A stretch of DNA of 64,000 nt from contig JBHLNF010000002.1 in NCBI GenBank assembly GCA_048937405.1, positions 1 through 64,000 on the forward strand. Direction: 5' to 3'. The position numbers and the translations under genes were made by a program. Below, piece by piece: positions 9,753-20,012 of this stretch (position 1 is its first letter; every line of letters begins with the position of its first letter). A model generated the notes under the pieces. It was not told the DNA's origin. It ran no database searches and saw only the letters and a list, made by a program, of their open reading frames with translations. The DNA is from Promethearchaeota archaeon (GTDB taxonomy: Archaea > Asgardarchaeota > Lokiarchaeia > Sigyniarchaeales > SOKP01).

Positions 9753-10598
9753 TTACAGATGTTTTTCTAACCACACATACATATCTTGATATACTTGTGC
9801 TCTTCCTTTTTCATTCCATAATTCATGTAGAAAACCATCATATTCTCGATATGTTTTATCCTTGATGTTAACTAAATCAAAGAATTGTTTTGTTTTATTC
9901 TTATCAACTATTTTATCATCTCCAGATTGCATAAGAAATATTGGACAAAGTAATTTTGAGGCATTATCCATTGCCCACTTTGAATATTTATCAATTTCAA
10001 TAGCAGATTTGGCAGAAATAACTTCTGTTTTATGTTTATCAGCGATATGTTCCCGTAAAATTTTTAAATCGCTTGTTAATTGATTTTGATCTATTAAATG
10101 ATCTAACATCTTGTTTGGTGATAATCTATCAAGAGTTTTAGATATCGATTTTATAACTTTTTTACCCATTGACAACTTTAAAAACATTCCTAACAATGGA
10201 GATGATATTAACACTCCTGCTAAGTTTGGGTGATTAATGGCAAAAACTAGCGCTATTAAACCTCCAAAAGAATGCCCCATCAAAAAGATTTTTTTATTAC
10301 CAGCCATATCACGGAGCATATCCATAAAGAGAAGGGTATCCTTTTGGATATGATCCATACTATCTATATGTCCTGGTGTATCTCCAGCATTTCTCCAATG
10401 CCCCCGCAAATCAAACGCATAAACAGCATATCCATTTTCTGTAAGAAAATTAACAACATGTTTCAATCTATCTGAATGAGTCCCCCATTCATGAATTGCT
10501 ATAATATATGCTTTTATTTCTTCCGAATCTGGTAACCAACATTGATAGAATAATTTTTTCAATTCTCTGCCTTCATAAAATCCTGTTTCATTTTTCAT
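9753..10598 (-). CDS. Lysophospholipase/monoacylglycerol lipase (alpha/beta hydrolase)
   Basis: FDLRGH, GHSFGG nucleophile, DKIVD, HELWNE. Confidence 0.9.
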   Translation of the reverse strand: MKNETGFYEGRELKKLFYQCWLPDSEEIKAYIIAIHEWGTHSDRLKHVVNFLTENGYAVYAFDLRGHWRNAGDTPGHIDSMDHIQKDTLLFMDMLRDMAGNKKIFLMGHSFGGLIALVFAINHPNLAGVLISSPLLGMFLKLSMGKKVIKSISKTLDRLSPNKMLDHLIDQNQLTSDLKILREHIADKHKTEVISAKSAIEIDKYSKWAMDNASKLLCPIFLMQSGDDKIVDKNKTKQFFDLVNIKDKTYREYDGFLHELWNEKGRAQVYQDMYVWLEKHL

Positions 10599-10735
10599 GC
10601 TTAAATCACATAGGTTTTAAAATACAAGTTATAAGGTTAATGATAATTTATAATAGCTTTATCTGCTTAATATTATTTTCTTTGAAGTTTTAGTATTTTT
10701 TTTTAGAACAATTTAAAAAAGAGAGTAAAAATCTA

Positions 10736-11410
10736 TTAATCTCTCTCTTTCGAAATTATAAAACCAACAATAACCATTGGAATTGCTAAAAATATAAACA
10801 TGGTAGAATGTAACAATGAATTTTTTGTTATATTACCAATTATACTCATCGTAGGACTTAATATTGCAAGGAGCTGAGCAATTAATAAAAGATTTATCTT
10901 GTTCTTTAAGGTTTTATCTGGATCTTCTATATTTTGCAGAGTTTTATATAACTGAATTGAATTATAAATCATCAAAATGAAAACCCAAATTCCCGTTGTT
11001 AAAAGAGAAATAATGTTTTTATCTGCTTCTATTTCTGGTTGAATCTGCAATACTTTATATGGAAAAAAGAAGGTTAAAACACATACAACTACAGATATTA
11101 TAATTATCACTTTAGTGATTGGTTTTTTTAAAAATATTGAACTCTGGACAAATACCTGCATCGAGAGTACAAAGAAAAGTATCCCCATTACTATTATTAT
11201 TAATGAGGAGCCTATAAGTATTTCATTAAATATAATCGAAATCGGGAATTCATATAAGAACAAAACAAGAGCGTAAAATCCAAATAGTACAAATGATATA
11301 ACAAATAATTTATTTCCAAGATATTTTACATTTTTTCTGATAATTACAAATACAATATAAAAAGCAGCAATAAAAGCAGTAGATTGAAAAATTAGAGATA
11401 TAAGATCCAT
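10736..11410 (-). CDS. Multi-pass (~7 TM) membrane protein
   Basis: About seven hydrophobic segments; N-terminal RK..K..N.LF pattern recalls HisKA_7TM-type receptor domains. Confidence 0.7.
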   Translation of the reverse strand: MDLISLIFQSTAFIAAFYIVFVIIRKNVKYLGNKLFVISFVLFGFYALVLFLYEFPISIIFNEILIGSSLIIIVMGILFFVLSMQVFVQSSIFLKKPITKVIIIISVVVCVLTFFFPYKVLQIQPEIEADKNIISLLTTGIWVFILMIYNSIQLYKTLQNIEDPDKTLKNKINLLLIAQLLAILSPTMSIIGNITKNSLLHSTMFIFLAIPMVIVGFIISKERD

Positions 11411-11809
11411 TTATCCAACACATTTTTGTTTTAACTAATAATATAACTTCATATTTATATAGATTCATAATAGTCCAATTAATTTTGCATTCTTGTAGTA
11501 TTTTTATAATTAAATTTTTAAAGGTAGAGAGGATTTATGAATAGGAATATAAACAGAATCAGAAAGATAAATTGAAATTTACTATCTAAGCAAAAAGACG
11601 ATAATATGAAAAAGAGAAAATATAGGACTTGATAAAATTAGTTAAAATTAAATTCTAAAATCTAAAGGATATTACTCAAAATCTTCTGTAGAGTAAATTT
11701 AAAAATTGGCTATTCTTAATCAATTTAATAAAAACAGTAAAATGTGAAAAATCTTCGTAATCAAAATAATCTTTTTATTAATGCTAATTCTACATAATAG
11801 GTTTTTTTC

Positions 11810-12412
11810 ATGAGTAAAGAAAATGATAACGACTCCAAAATTATTAATATAACAATTCACGGTAGAGGGGGAATGGGTTGTGTTACTGCTTGTGAAATTA
11901 TTGCAGAAGCAGCTTATTTGAGTGGAAATTTTATTGATGTCCATGCATATCCTTCTTTTGGAGCAGAAAGAAGAGGCGCTCCTGTTCAAGCATATGCTAA
12001 ACTCTCTCGAACAGAGATAATATGGGATAGAGCTCAAATAGAAAAGCCAAATATTTTAATTATATTTGATGAAACTGTATTGTCAGAAAATATTGCATCT
12101 TCTCTTAGAAAAAAAGGATATTTTATTATTAATTCTGAAAAGAATCCTGATTTTTTTTTAAATAAATATAATTTACATAAAGATATAAAAATAATTGTAG
12201 CAGATATCAGCAAAATAGCATTAGAGAATAACTTAACGATTGAAGGAAATCCTGTAATCAATACTCCGATCCTGGGATTATTATCAAAAGCATTACCAGA
12301 TTTAGCATTAGAAAATTTAAAGACAGTTGTGTATAAACGGATGGGTGAAGAAATAGGAAGACTTAATTATGATTTAATTGAACTGGCATATAATTATTCG
12401 AAAATAGTATAA
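11810..12412 (+). CDS. porG: 2-oxoacid (pyruvate):ferredoxin oxidoreductase gamma subunit
   Basis: HGRGGMG, AYPSFGAERRGAPV, INTPILG. Confidence 0.92.
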   Translation: MSKENDNDSKIINITIHGRGGMGCVTACEIIAEAAYLSGNFIDVHAYPSFGAERRGAPVQAYAKLSRTEIIWDRAQIEKPNILIIFDETVLSENIASSLRKKGYFIINSEKNPDFFLNKYNLHKDIKIIVADISKIALENNLTIEGNPVINTPILGLLSKALPDLALENLKTVVYKRMGEEIGRLNYDLIELAYNYSKIV

Positions 12413-12426
12413 TCTCTGCAATTAAA

Positions 12427-14337
12427 TTATAATTGATTAATCGGTAATTTAAATATAAAAGAACAACCCTTATTTCTACCTTCTGATTCAACCCATATTT
12501 GGCCTTCATGCAAATCTATTATTTCTTTAGAAATATACAATCCAAGACCAGTTCCTTGAATGTCCATATATTCCAATCCCTCTCCATGTCTCTCTATTTT
12601 CCCAAACCTAATAAAGAGTCTCTCCATTTCTTCCTTGGTCAATCCAATTCCGGTATCTTTAATTATTATTTCAACTTTACAATCTTTTCTCGAAGAATAT
12701 ATTGAAATCACTCCTTTAGGTGGTGTGTTTTTTATAGCATTTGATAACAAATTTAATATAACCTGTTCAATTCTTACTTTATCGATTTCTAAAAATAGTT
12801 CATCTATAAGATTAAGTTCTAATTTTAATTCACGTTGTTTGATAAGATACTTCATTTCTTTAACACAATCTATAATTAATTGGTTGATATCTGTTCTATC
12901 TTTCTTTAATTTGAATTTTCCATATTCTATTCGAGTAATATCAACTAAATTGTCTACAAGGTATTTTAATCTCTTTCCGCCTTTTTCAATCATTTTAATT
13001 AATTCTGTTGCTTCATCCTTAAATTGCTCTAGATATAAATCTAAAAGTAATTCAGTAGCACCACAAACAGAAACTAATGGAGTTTTTAATTCGTGTGAAA
13101 CTCTTGAAATTAAGTCCTTCCTAATTTGGTCTAATTCTTTTAATTTTACAATCTCTTCTTTAATAAGAAGATCTGCTTTTCTTTTCTCTGTTATATCACT
13201 TATTACAGTTTGTAGTAAAGTTACATCGCTCACTTTAACTAATGTACTTTGATAACTTATCCAGGATGTATGACCATCCTTTTTATACAATTCAATCTCT
13301 AAAGGAGGTAAAAATTCACCTTTTAAAACTTTCTGAAATCGATTAACCATTTCAGGTAAATATTTTGGATGAACTGCTGGAAGTTCCTTAAAATTGGTTC
13401 CAACTAATTCTTCTTGTTTATATCCAAATAATTTTTCGACTGCTGGATTACAATAAATTATTGAACCTTCTTGATTTATTAGTACTATTGAGAATGGAAC
13501 AGATTCGATTAAATTCCTATATCTTTCTTCAGACACTTTCAATTTTTTTTCCGTTAAAATACGTTCTGTAATATTACGAATATTACCTTGAATTACTTGC
13601 TTCTCTCCCATATAAAACATACTTGATGATACTTCAGCAATGAAAATTTCGCCATTCTTTTTCAAAAAATTAATTTCAAATTTAATAACACCTTTTTTTT
13701 GAATCTCTTCAAATGCTTTTTTAGAAACTTCAAGCGCATTCACTGGATGAAGATCCGCTATTTTTAATTTTAATATTTCTGATCTTGTATAACCAAATTG
13801 TTCTAATGCTCTTTGATTAACATCTATAATGTTGCCTTCTATATCATGAAGTAGAATTCCATCATTTGAATGATGGAATAGAATGCTGTATTTCTCTTCA
13901 GATTCTCTTAATTCTTTTGTCTTTTTATTTACTAATTGTTCAAACTCATCTTTAAATTTTTCTTCTTCTTTTTTTCTTTTAGTAATATCGCGAAATATTC
14001 CATAAAAACCAATTTTATTGCCATTAGAATCATATTTTAAATATACAGAAGTTTCTCCAGTGATAATTTCTTTAGATTTATTAAAAAATTGATATTCCAG
14101 ATCTATTTTCGGGATTCCTGTTTTAAAAACCGTATTAAATCCTTCAAACACTATTTTTTGATTTTCCTTATCTGTAACTTGTTTATAGTTTAACTTCAAA
14201 AATTCTTCTCTCGAGAAACCTGTCATCTCACATAATGCTTTATTACAATAAATATAATTACCCTTTAAATCAACCTCATAATAACCTTCTTTAATATTAT
14301 CAATAATCATTAAAAATTTATTTTGAGGTAAATTCAC
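12427..14337 (-). CDS. Multi-PAS sensor histidine kinase
   Basis: Three PAS/PAC repeats (DIT.RK), SHELKTPL H-box, NLLSNAIK, DTGIG, GTGLGL. Confidence 0.95.
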   Translation of the reverse strand: MNLPQNKFLMIIDNIKEGYYEVDLKGNYIYCNKALCEMTGFSREEFLKLNYKQVTDKENQKIVFEGFNTVFKTGIPKIDLEYQFFNKSKEIITGETSVYLKYDSNGNKIGFYGIFRDITKRKKEEEKFKDEFEQLVNKKTKELRESEEKYSILFHHSNDGILLHDIEGNIIDVNQRALEQFGYTRSEILKLKIADLHPVNALEVSKKAFEEIQKKGVIKFEINFLKKNGEIFIAEVSSSMFYMGEKQVIQGNIRNITERILTEKKLKVSEERYRNLIESVPFSIVLINQEGSIIYCNPAVEKLFGYKQEELVGTNFKELPAVHPKYLPEMVNRFQKVLKGEFLPPLEIELYKKDGHTSWISYQSTLVKVSDVTLLQTVISDITEKRKADLLIKEEIVKLKELDQIRKDLISRVSHELKTPLVSVCGATELLLDLYLEQFKDEATELIKMIEKGGKRLKYLVDNLVDITRIEYGKFKLKKDRTDINQLIIDCVKEMKYLIKQRELKLELNLIDELFLEIDKVRIEQVILNLLSNAIKNTPPKGVISIYSSRKDCKVEIIIKDTGIGLTKEEMERLFIRFGKIERHGEGLEYMDIQGTGLGLYISKEIIDLHEGQIWVESEGRNKGCSFIFKLPINQL

Positions 14338-14652
14338 TGCTTTCCATACCTTATTAGTTTTTTGAGAGGTTTAGATAAAGAAAATTTTGTTCAAAATTAT
14401 TTCTTTGAAATCTCAAGAAATTTAACTATTTCCATATGGTTAATAAAATAATTAGTATTTATTTTTTACATTTAGAAAAAATCAAAATTTTTTTTTTGAT
14501 ATACCCAAGTTTAGGCAATTTAACTAATGTAATTCTTATTGAAATAATTGAAATCTGACAAAAGCTCTTATTTTAATAAATGATAAGAATTAAAAACTTA
14601 AGTATGTTGTATTTCATACAGAAATAAATATGAAGCTATTTTTGGTGTTATT

Positions 14653-14952
14653 ATGAAAAACTCAAAAAAATCTTATCAAAGGATTTTAGGCTCAGTTCAA
14701 AAACCAGTAATAGGAGAAGCAGGTAAAACTGGAACATGGAGCGCAAAAAAACCGATTATTGATAAAAATAAATGTATTCCTGCAAAATCTGGAAAACCAA
14801 GTTGCTTTAACTGCTGGCTTTATTGTCCTGAAGCGGTTATTACAAGAACTATCCCTCCTGAAATAGATCTAATTCATTGCAAAGGTTGTGGTATTTGTAT
14901 GGAAGAATGTCCTGTAAACGCAATTAGTATGGAGGAAAAGAAATTAAGATGA
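14653..14952 (+). CDS. porD: 2-oxoacid:ferredoxin oxidoreductase delta subunit
   Basis: KTGTW...KP, CWLYCPE, CKGCGICMEECP. Confidence 0.92.
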   Translation: MKNSKKSYQRILGSVQKPVIGEAGKTGTWSAKKPIIDKNKCIPAKSGKPSCFNCWLYCPEAVITRTIPPEIDLIHCKGCGICMEECPVNAISMEEKKLR

Positions 14953-16241
14953 CTGTGACTGAAAAGCAAAAGATGAGTATAGATAACGACATGAGACTAT
15001 TAACAGGAAATCATGCAGCTGCACATGCTTTTAGACAGGCTCGAGTTGGAGTTATTTCGGCTTATCCAATTACACCTCAGAGTCCTGTAGTCGAAAAAAT
15101 TGCTGAGTTTATAGCAGATGGAAAATTAAATGCAAGGTTTGTAAAAGTTGAATCTGAACATTCAGCATTAGCAGTGTGTTGTGCAGCTTCTGCAACAGGT
15201 TCACGGGTTGGCACAGCAACTTCTGCTCATGGGTTGGAATTGATGTATGAAATGTTACCTTGGGCAGCGGGGAATAGATTACCTATTATAATTAATCTAG
15301 CAACAAGATCCTTGGGAGCACCCTGGTCCGTCTGGACAGATCACTCTGATTTTGTTACAATAAGAGATGTTGGGTGGATTCAGTATATGTGTGAAAATAA
15401 CCAAGAGATCTATGATACTAATCTTCAAGCATTCAAAATTGCTGAAGATCCTCGTGTTTTTCTTCCTTCTGTAGTGGCTTATGATGGGTATATACTTAGT
15501 CATACAATGATGCCTGTCAAATTGGAAAATCAAGCCAAAATTGATGAATTTTTACCACCGTTAAATCATCACATTAATCTTTCTGATATCTCAACAGTAA
15601 AAGGTATAGATCCAGTAACCACTCCTAATATTGTTAAGCGAGTAGAAGGAACAGCTCCAGGTTATTATGAATATAGATATGCACTTCAGAAATCATTAGA
15701 AAATTCAATTGATATTATTAAGGAGGTACATAACGATTTTGCTAAAAGATTTGGGAGATCATACGGAAATGGGATATACAAAACAGTTCAAACTGAGGAT
15801 GCTGATACTATAATTTATGCTATGGGTTCTGTTGCTTCTCAGGCTAGAGTTGCTATAAAGAAACTTAGAGCAGAAGGATTAAAGATTGGAATAGTAAGTC
15901 TTAAACTTTTTAGACCTTTTCCACATGAAGAGTTAAGAGATTTCTTTAAAGACAAAGAAAATATCATTGTGTTTGATAGAGATATTGGATATGGATATGA
16001 AGGTGTTTTATCCTATGAATTAAAAGCTGCACTTTATAGTTTAAAAAAAAGACCTAATATTAAAGGTTTTATTATAGGTTTAGGAGGTAGAGATATTAAA
16101 ACTAAGCATATAATAACTGGTGTCCATAAAGCTTTAGAGGAATTTCAAGAAGGAATACTTACAAATAAGACTGATTTTTTGGGTTTAAGATTAGGTGAAC
16201 TAAGTGATTATGATGAATCAACATACTTTAAAAATAGGTGA
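14949..16241 (+). CDS. porA: 2-oxoacid:ferredoxin oxidoreductase alpha subunit
   Basis: AYPITPQS, VESEHSA, FRPFP, GLGGRD. Confidence 0.95.
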   Translation: MTVTEKQKMSIDNDMRLLTGNHAAAHAFRQARVGVISAYPITPQSPVVEKIAEFIADGKLNARFVKVESEHSALAVCCAASATGSRVGTATSAHGLELMYEMLPWAAGNRLPIIINLATRSLGAPWSVWTDHSDFVTIRDVGWIQYMCENNQEIYDTNLQAFKIAEDPRVFLPSVVAYDGYILSHTMMPVKLENQAKIDEFLPPLNHHINLSDISTVKGIDPVTTPNIVKRVEGTAPGYYEYRYALQKSLENSIDIIKEVHNDFAKRFGRSYGNGIYKTVQTEDADTIIYAMGSVASQARVAIKKLRAEGLKIGIVSLKLFRPFPHEELRDFFKDKENIIVFDRDIGYGYEGVLSYELKAALYSLKKRPNIKGFIIGLGGRDIKTKHIITGVHKALEEFQEGILTNKTDFLGLRLGELSDYDESTYFKNR

Positions 16242-16247
16242 AAAATA

Positions 16248-17150
16248 ATGGTAAATGTTATGGATCTTCCTGAAGAGGAATATATATATCCGGGTACTCG
16301 TGCTTGTGCTGGATGTGCTATGGCTTTAATATATAGAATAGCGTTAAAGGCTCTGGGAGCGAAAACATTAATAACCGTACCAGCATCATGTTTAACAGTT
16401 TTACATGGTATGCAGGGATTCTGCTCTACGAAAATAAGTGTATATCATACGCCTTTTGCAACTACAGGTGCTTCAGCATCGGGTATTTTAGCCTCTTTGG
16501 AAGATAAAGGATTAGCGGATGAAATCACAGTTTTAGCTTTTGCAGGTGATGGAGGTACATCTGATATCGGAGTGCAAGCTCTAAGTGGTGCAGTTGAAAG
16601 AGGGACAAACTTTATATATGCGTGCTATGATAATGAAGCCTATATGAATACAGGTGTTCAACGAAGTAGTTCTACACCCTTAGGAGTAAAAACGACTACC
16701 ACTCCAGAAGGTAAACTAGGGCATAAAAAAAATATGCCTAAAATTTTAGAGGCCCATGGTATTCCATATGTTGCAACGGGAATTGCCTCATATCCTTTAG
16801 ATTTATATGAAAAATTTAAGAAAGCAAAAAATATATATGGATCAAAGTATTTTCATATTCTATCGCCTTGTCCACCTGGATGGGGCTATGATCCTAAAGA
16901 CACCATATTAATCGGGCGTTTAGCTATACAAACAGGTTTCTGGATTTTGTACGAAATTGAAAATGGTAAATTCAAATTATCAAGACCAAGTACCAGATAT
17001 TTGGATCCATCAAAACGTAAACCTATTGAAGAGTATCTCAAGACTCAAAAAAGATTCAGTAAAATGACTCCGCAAGAAATTGAAGTGTATAAAACATATA
17101 TTAATGATATGTGGGCAGATATTAAAAGAAGAATTGAATACCAAGACTAA
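16248..17150 (+). CDS. porB: 2-oxoacid:ferredoxin oxidoreductase beta subunit
   Basis: ACAGC, GDGG TPP motif, DNEAYMNTGVQRS, PCPPGW. Confidence 0.95.
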   Translation: MVNVMDLPEEEYIYPGTRACAGCAMALIYRIALKALGAKTLITVPASCLTVLHGMQGFCSTKISVYHTPFATTGASASGILASLEDKGLADEITVLAFAGDGGTSDIGVQALSGAVERGTNFIYACYDNEAYMNTGVQRSSSTPLGVKTTTTPEGKLGHKKNMPKILEAHGIPYVATGIASYPLDLYEKFKKAKNIYGSKYFHILSPCPPGWGYDPKDTILIGRLAIQTGFWILYEIENGKFKLSRPSTRYLDPSKRKPIEEYLKTQKRFSKMTPQEIEVYKTYINDMWADIKRRIEYQD

Positions 17151-17249
17151 ATTCTAATCTAAAATATCTTCTCTATACAATTTTTTACTATTTTCTTAAT
17201 ATTTTATGGTAAAAATTAAAAGTTAATCCTATTTAAATTAAGTAGAGAT

Positions 17250-18035
17250 TTGACGATAAGAACCTTTATTTTTGATGAGGATAAATCCCATTGGTTAGAA
17301 GAAGAACGTAGTTTATTGCCTCATGATATTTGTACAATCTTAGATGAAGAAAACGAAATTCTTTATTTTTGGAGAGGTCCAAAAAGTAATAAGGAGAGCT
17401 TTAGAATGGGGTATAAACAGATAACAAAATTAATTTCAGAATTTTCTGATTTAAACCTTCAACTTGTTATGGATCAGAAGAATATACCTCTTAACATCCT
17501 ACATAAGGTTGATACGATGTTAGAATCTATGAAATTGGGAAATAAAAAATTATTAAAATTTAGTAGTTTTACCACAATAAGAATTTATTCCATTTTAATA
17601 ACAATTTCTGTTTTATTACCAATTTTATTATTTATACTTTTAAGTTCATCTCTAACATGGAATATATCTAATGGAAATTATGAAGTCAATAGTTCACTCT
17701 ATGATTTTTGGATCGATACTTCAAAGTTACTCACATTTCTTACCTTGATTGTTTTTTCAATAAATATTATAATTGGAATTATTGAATCCGAATATCAGGT
17801 AATTATAACTTCATTAAACGGATTGATTCTCTCAATTGGTCTAGTAATATACCTTAACCAGGGAATTTTCCTATTTTTATTTCAAGAAGGATCAACCCTC
17901 AACACATACTTAATATCACAAAAAGACCTATTTATCTTTTTATTACTTACTTTAATTACAATACTGATTTTTGAAATACCAAATATATATAAACTAATAT
18001 CTTTTTTCAACACTTATCGAAAATTCATTTTTTAG
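17250..18035 (+). CDS. Gelsolin-like domain fused to ~4 TM helices
   Basis: SLLPHDICTILDEENEILYFWRGPKS matches the gelsolin-repeat core; four hydrophobic stretches in the C-terminal part. Confidence 0.65.
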   Translation: MTIRTFIFDEDKSHWLEEERSLLPHDICTILDEENEILYFWRGPKSNKESFRMGYKQITKLISEFSDLNLQLVMDQKNIPLNILHKVDTMLESMKLGNKKLLKFSSFTTIRIYSILITISVLLPILLFILLSSSLTWNISNGNYEVNSSLYDFWIDTSKLLTFLTLIVFSINIIIGIIESEYQVIITSLNGLILSIGLVIYLNQGIFLFLFQEGSTLNTYLISQKDLFIFLLLTLITILIFEIPNIYKLISFFNTYRKFIF

Positions 18036-18046
18036 TTGAGAAAAGT

Positions 18047-18925
18047 GTGGAAGCCGCTAACATTCTTAAGAATCTTGAAAAAGAGGATTTTCGAGTCCTC
18101 ATGGCAATTGAAATTGGAATGAAAAGATCAGAATACGTCACGGTAGCTAATATCAAATTCTATGCGAGGTACAAGATGGAAGAAACACTTTTTCGTTTAA
18201 AAAAAGTCCATAAACTTGCTTTAATAATTAGAGATGCTTCTAAACATGAAATTGCATATACTCTTAATTCAAAAGCATATGATATCCTTGCTTTACATAC
18301 ATTGGTTGAACAAAATGTAATAAGTCAGTTAGGACCTTTAATAGGTAAAGGTAAAGAATCAGATGTATATAGTTGTATGAATGATGATGGAGATATTTAT
18401 GCAGCTAAATTTTATCGAATGGGGAGAACAAGTTTTAAAAATATAAAACAGATGAGAGATCTTGTTGGGGAGAGAGGACATTTATCATGGCTGTATGTTA
18501 ACAGACTTGCTGCTAAAAAAGAATTTGAGGCTCTTGAAAAAATTTTTACCCTTAAATTAAATACACCAAAACCAATTGCTTATAATAGACATGTAATTAT
18601 AATGTCTTACTTGAGAGGTAAAGAATTAGTTTATTATAAAAGTATTAAAAATCCTGTCAAAATTTTTAATAAAATTATCAAACAATTAAAAATAATCTAT
18701 AAGAAAGCTAAAATGATACATGGTGATTTGGGGGAATTTAACATCGTTCTAGATCATAAGGGCAATCTCCTCTTAATTGATTGGCTCCAGTGGGTTCCAG
18801 ATGATCATCCTAATGCTGCTTCTTTATTGGAAAGAGATATTAGAAATATATGCTCATATTTCGAAAAGAAATATAAAATTGAATGCAATATAGATGAAAT
18901 TCTTAAATCATTTTATAAAAATTAA
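18047..18925 (+). CDS. rio2: RIO2 serine/threonine kinase
   Basis: N-terminal wHTH, IGKGKESDVY, KFYRMGRTSF, IHGDLGEFN, IDWLQ. Confidence 0.95.
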   Translation: MEAANILKNLEKEDFRVLMAIEIGMKRSEYVTVANIKFYARYKMEETLFRLKKVHKLALIIRDASKHEIAYTLNSKAYDILALHTLVEQNVISQLGPLIGKGKESDVYSCMNDDGDIYAAKFYRMGRTSFKNIKQMRDLVGERGHLSWLYVNRLAAKKEFEALEKIFTLKLNTPKPIAYNRHVIIMSYLRGKELVYYKSIKNPVKIFNKIIKQLKIIYKKAKMIHGDLGEFNIVLDHKGNLLLIDWLQWVPDDHPNAASLLERDIRNICSYFEKKYKIECNIDEILKSFYKN

Positions 18926-18927
18926 AA

Positions 18928-19551
18928 TCAGAATGGTTTATTTTTCAAAATCTTTCCCTGAATCACTAAATCTTCTAAATTATCTCTTTTTGTTAGCCTC
19001 AAATCTTCAATTTTAGATTTCAATATGTTTATTAAATTTTCTTCCTGAATATTTTTCTTTAATATTGAAAATTTAAAATCAGCATTATTCTTCCCTACCA
19101 TATACAATTCCTCAATTCCATTTTTAATATTAGGTAAATTTTGAAATGCTGTAAGTGAAAAAATAGAATTAAAGATATTTTCCCTAAAAGGCAAAAATTC
19201 AATATCAGATAGAACTAAATTTAATGAAATTTTTTTTATATCCCTCTTTATAACTTTTGATTTGAATTCTAATAACATATTCCTAGAGATGTCTAATGCA
19301 ACATAATTATATCTTATTACTCTCTTATCTAATATCAACTTTAATAGGTGTTCAAAAATTAGTCCTGTACCACACCCCATATCTAAAATGAGTTTACTGT
19401 TTATTTTGAAATTACTGAAGATAATTTCAAATTTTTCTGTTTGTATTGATTTATACCTTTTATCATAAAAATATGATGTTGAATTGTATTTCTCTATTAT
19501 TCTTTTCTTTTTATCTTGATTTTTAAGGGAATCTTCCAATATATTTACCAA
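18928..19551 (-). CDS. Class I SAM methyltransferase
   Basis: YDKRY..Q..K, LDMGCGTG, LDISRNML, LPFRE. Confidence 0.85.
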   Translation of the reverse strand: MVNILEDSLKNQDKKKRIIEKYNSTSYFYDKRYKSIQTEKFEIIFSNFKINSKLILDMGCGTGLIFEHLLKLILDKRVIRYNYVALDISRNMLLEFKSKVIKRDIKKISLNLVLSDIEFLPFRENIFNSIFSLTAFQNLPNIKNGIEELYMVGKNNADFKFSILKKNIQEENLINILKSKIEDLRLTKRDNLEDLVIQGKILKNKPF

Positions 19552-19660
19552 TGGATTTTATTTGTATTTTTGTGTCGTAAGGTTTTAATTTAAAAAATGC
19601 TATCTTTAAATTATCTTTTCAATAAATGTTATAATAATTTCAGTAATTTAAGAATTTAAA

Positions 19661-19924
19661 ATGTCAAACCGAAATGATCAGCAACAAAGGTCAAAAAATC
19701 CTTTATCTATCCTTCAATCAGCCCAAAACTCAATAATCTTACTAAGATTAAAAGATGGGACTGAATATAGGGGATTATTAAAAGAAATAGATGCATATAT
19801 GAATATGATTTTAGAAGATGCTACTGAACTCCTAGAAGGGACTCCTGTAGCTAAATATAATGAGATTTTCATTCGAGGTAATAATCTCCTTTTTATAAAG
19901 CCAGATGCTTCTCAAATCACATAA
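19661..19924 (+). CDS. Sm/Lsm RNA-binding protein
   Basis: LKDG.EYRG.L...D.YMN.IL (Sm1); IRGNN (Sm2). Confidence 0.95.
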   Translation: MSNRNDQQQRSKNPLSILQSAQNSIILLRLKDGTEYRGLLKEIDAYMNMILEDATELLEGTPVAKYNEIFIRGNNLLFIKPDASQIT

Positions 19925-20012
19925 GTAAAGATAAATTTTTGTACTAATGCATTTTCTTTAATACTTTAGAGTTCTTTACTAAAAAGGAATTTTGAAAAAT
20001 ATTAGTATATAA

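Noticed and set aside
12499-13252. Plus-strand ORFs of 68 and 230 aa
   Set aside because: Antisense shadows of the histidine kinase.
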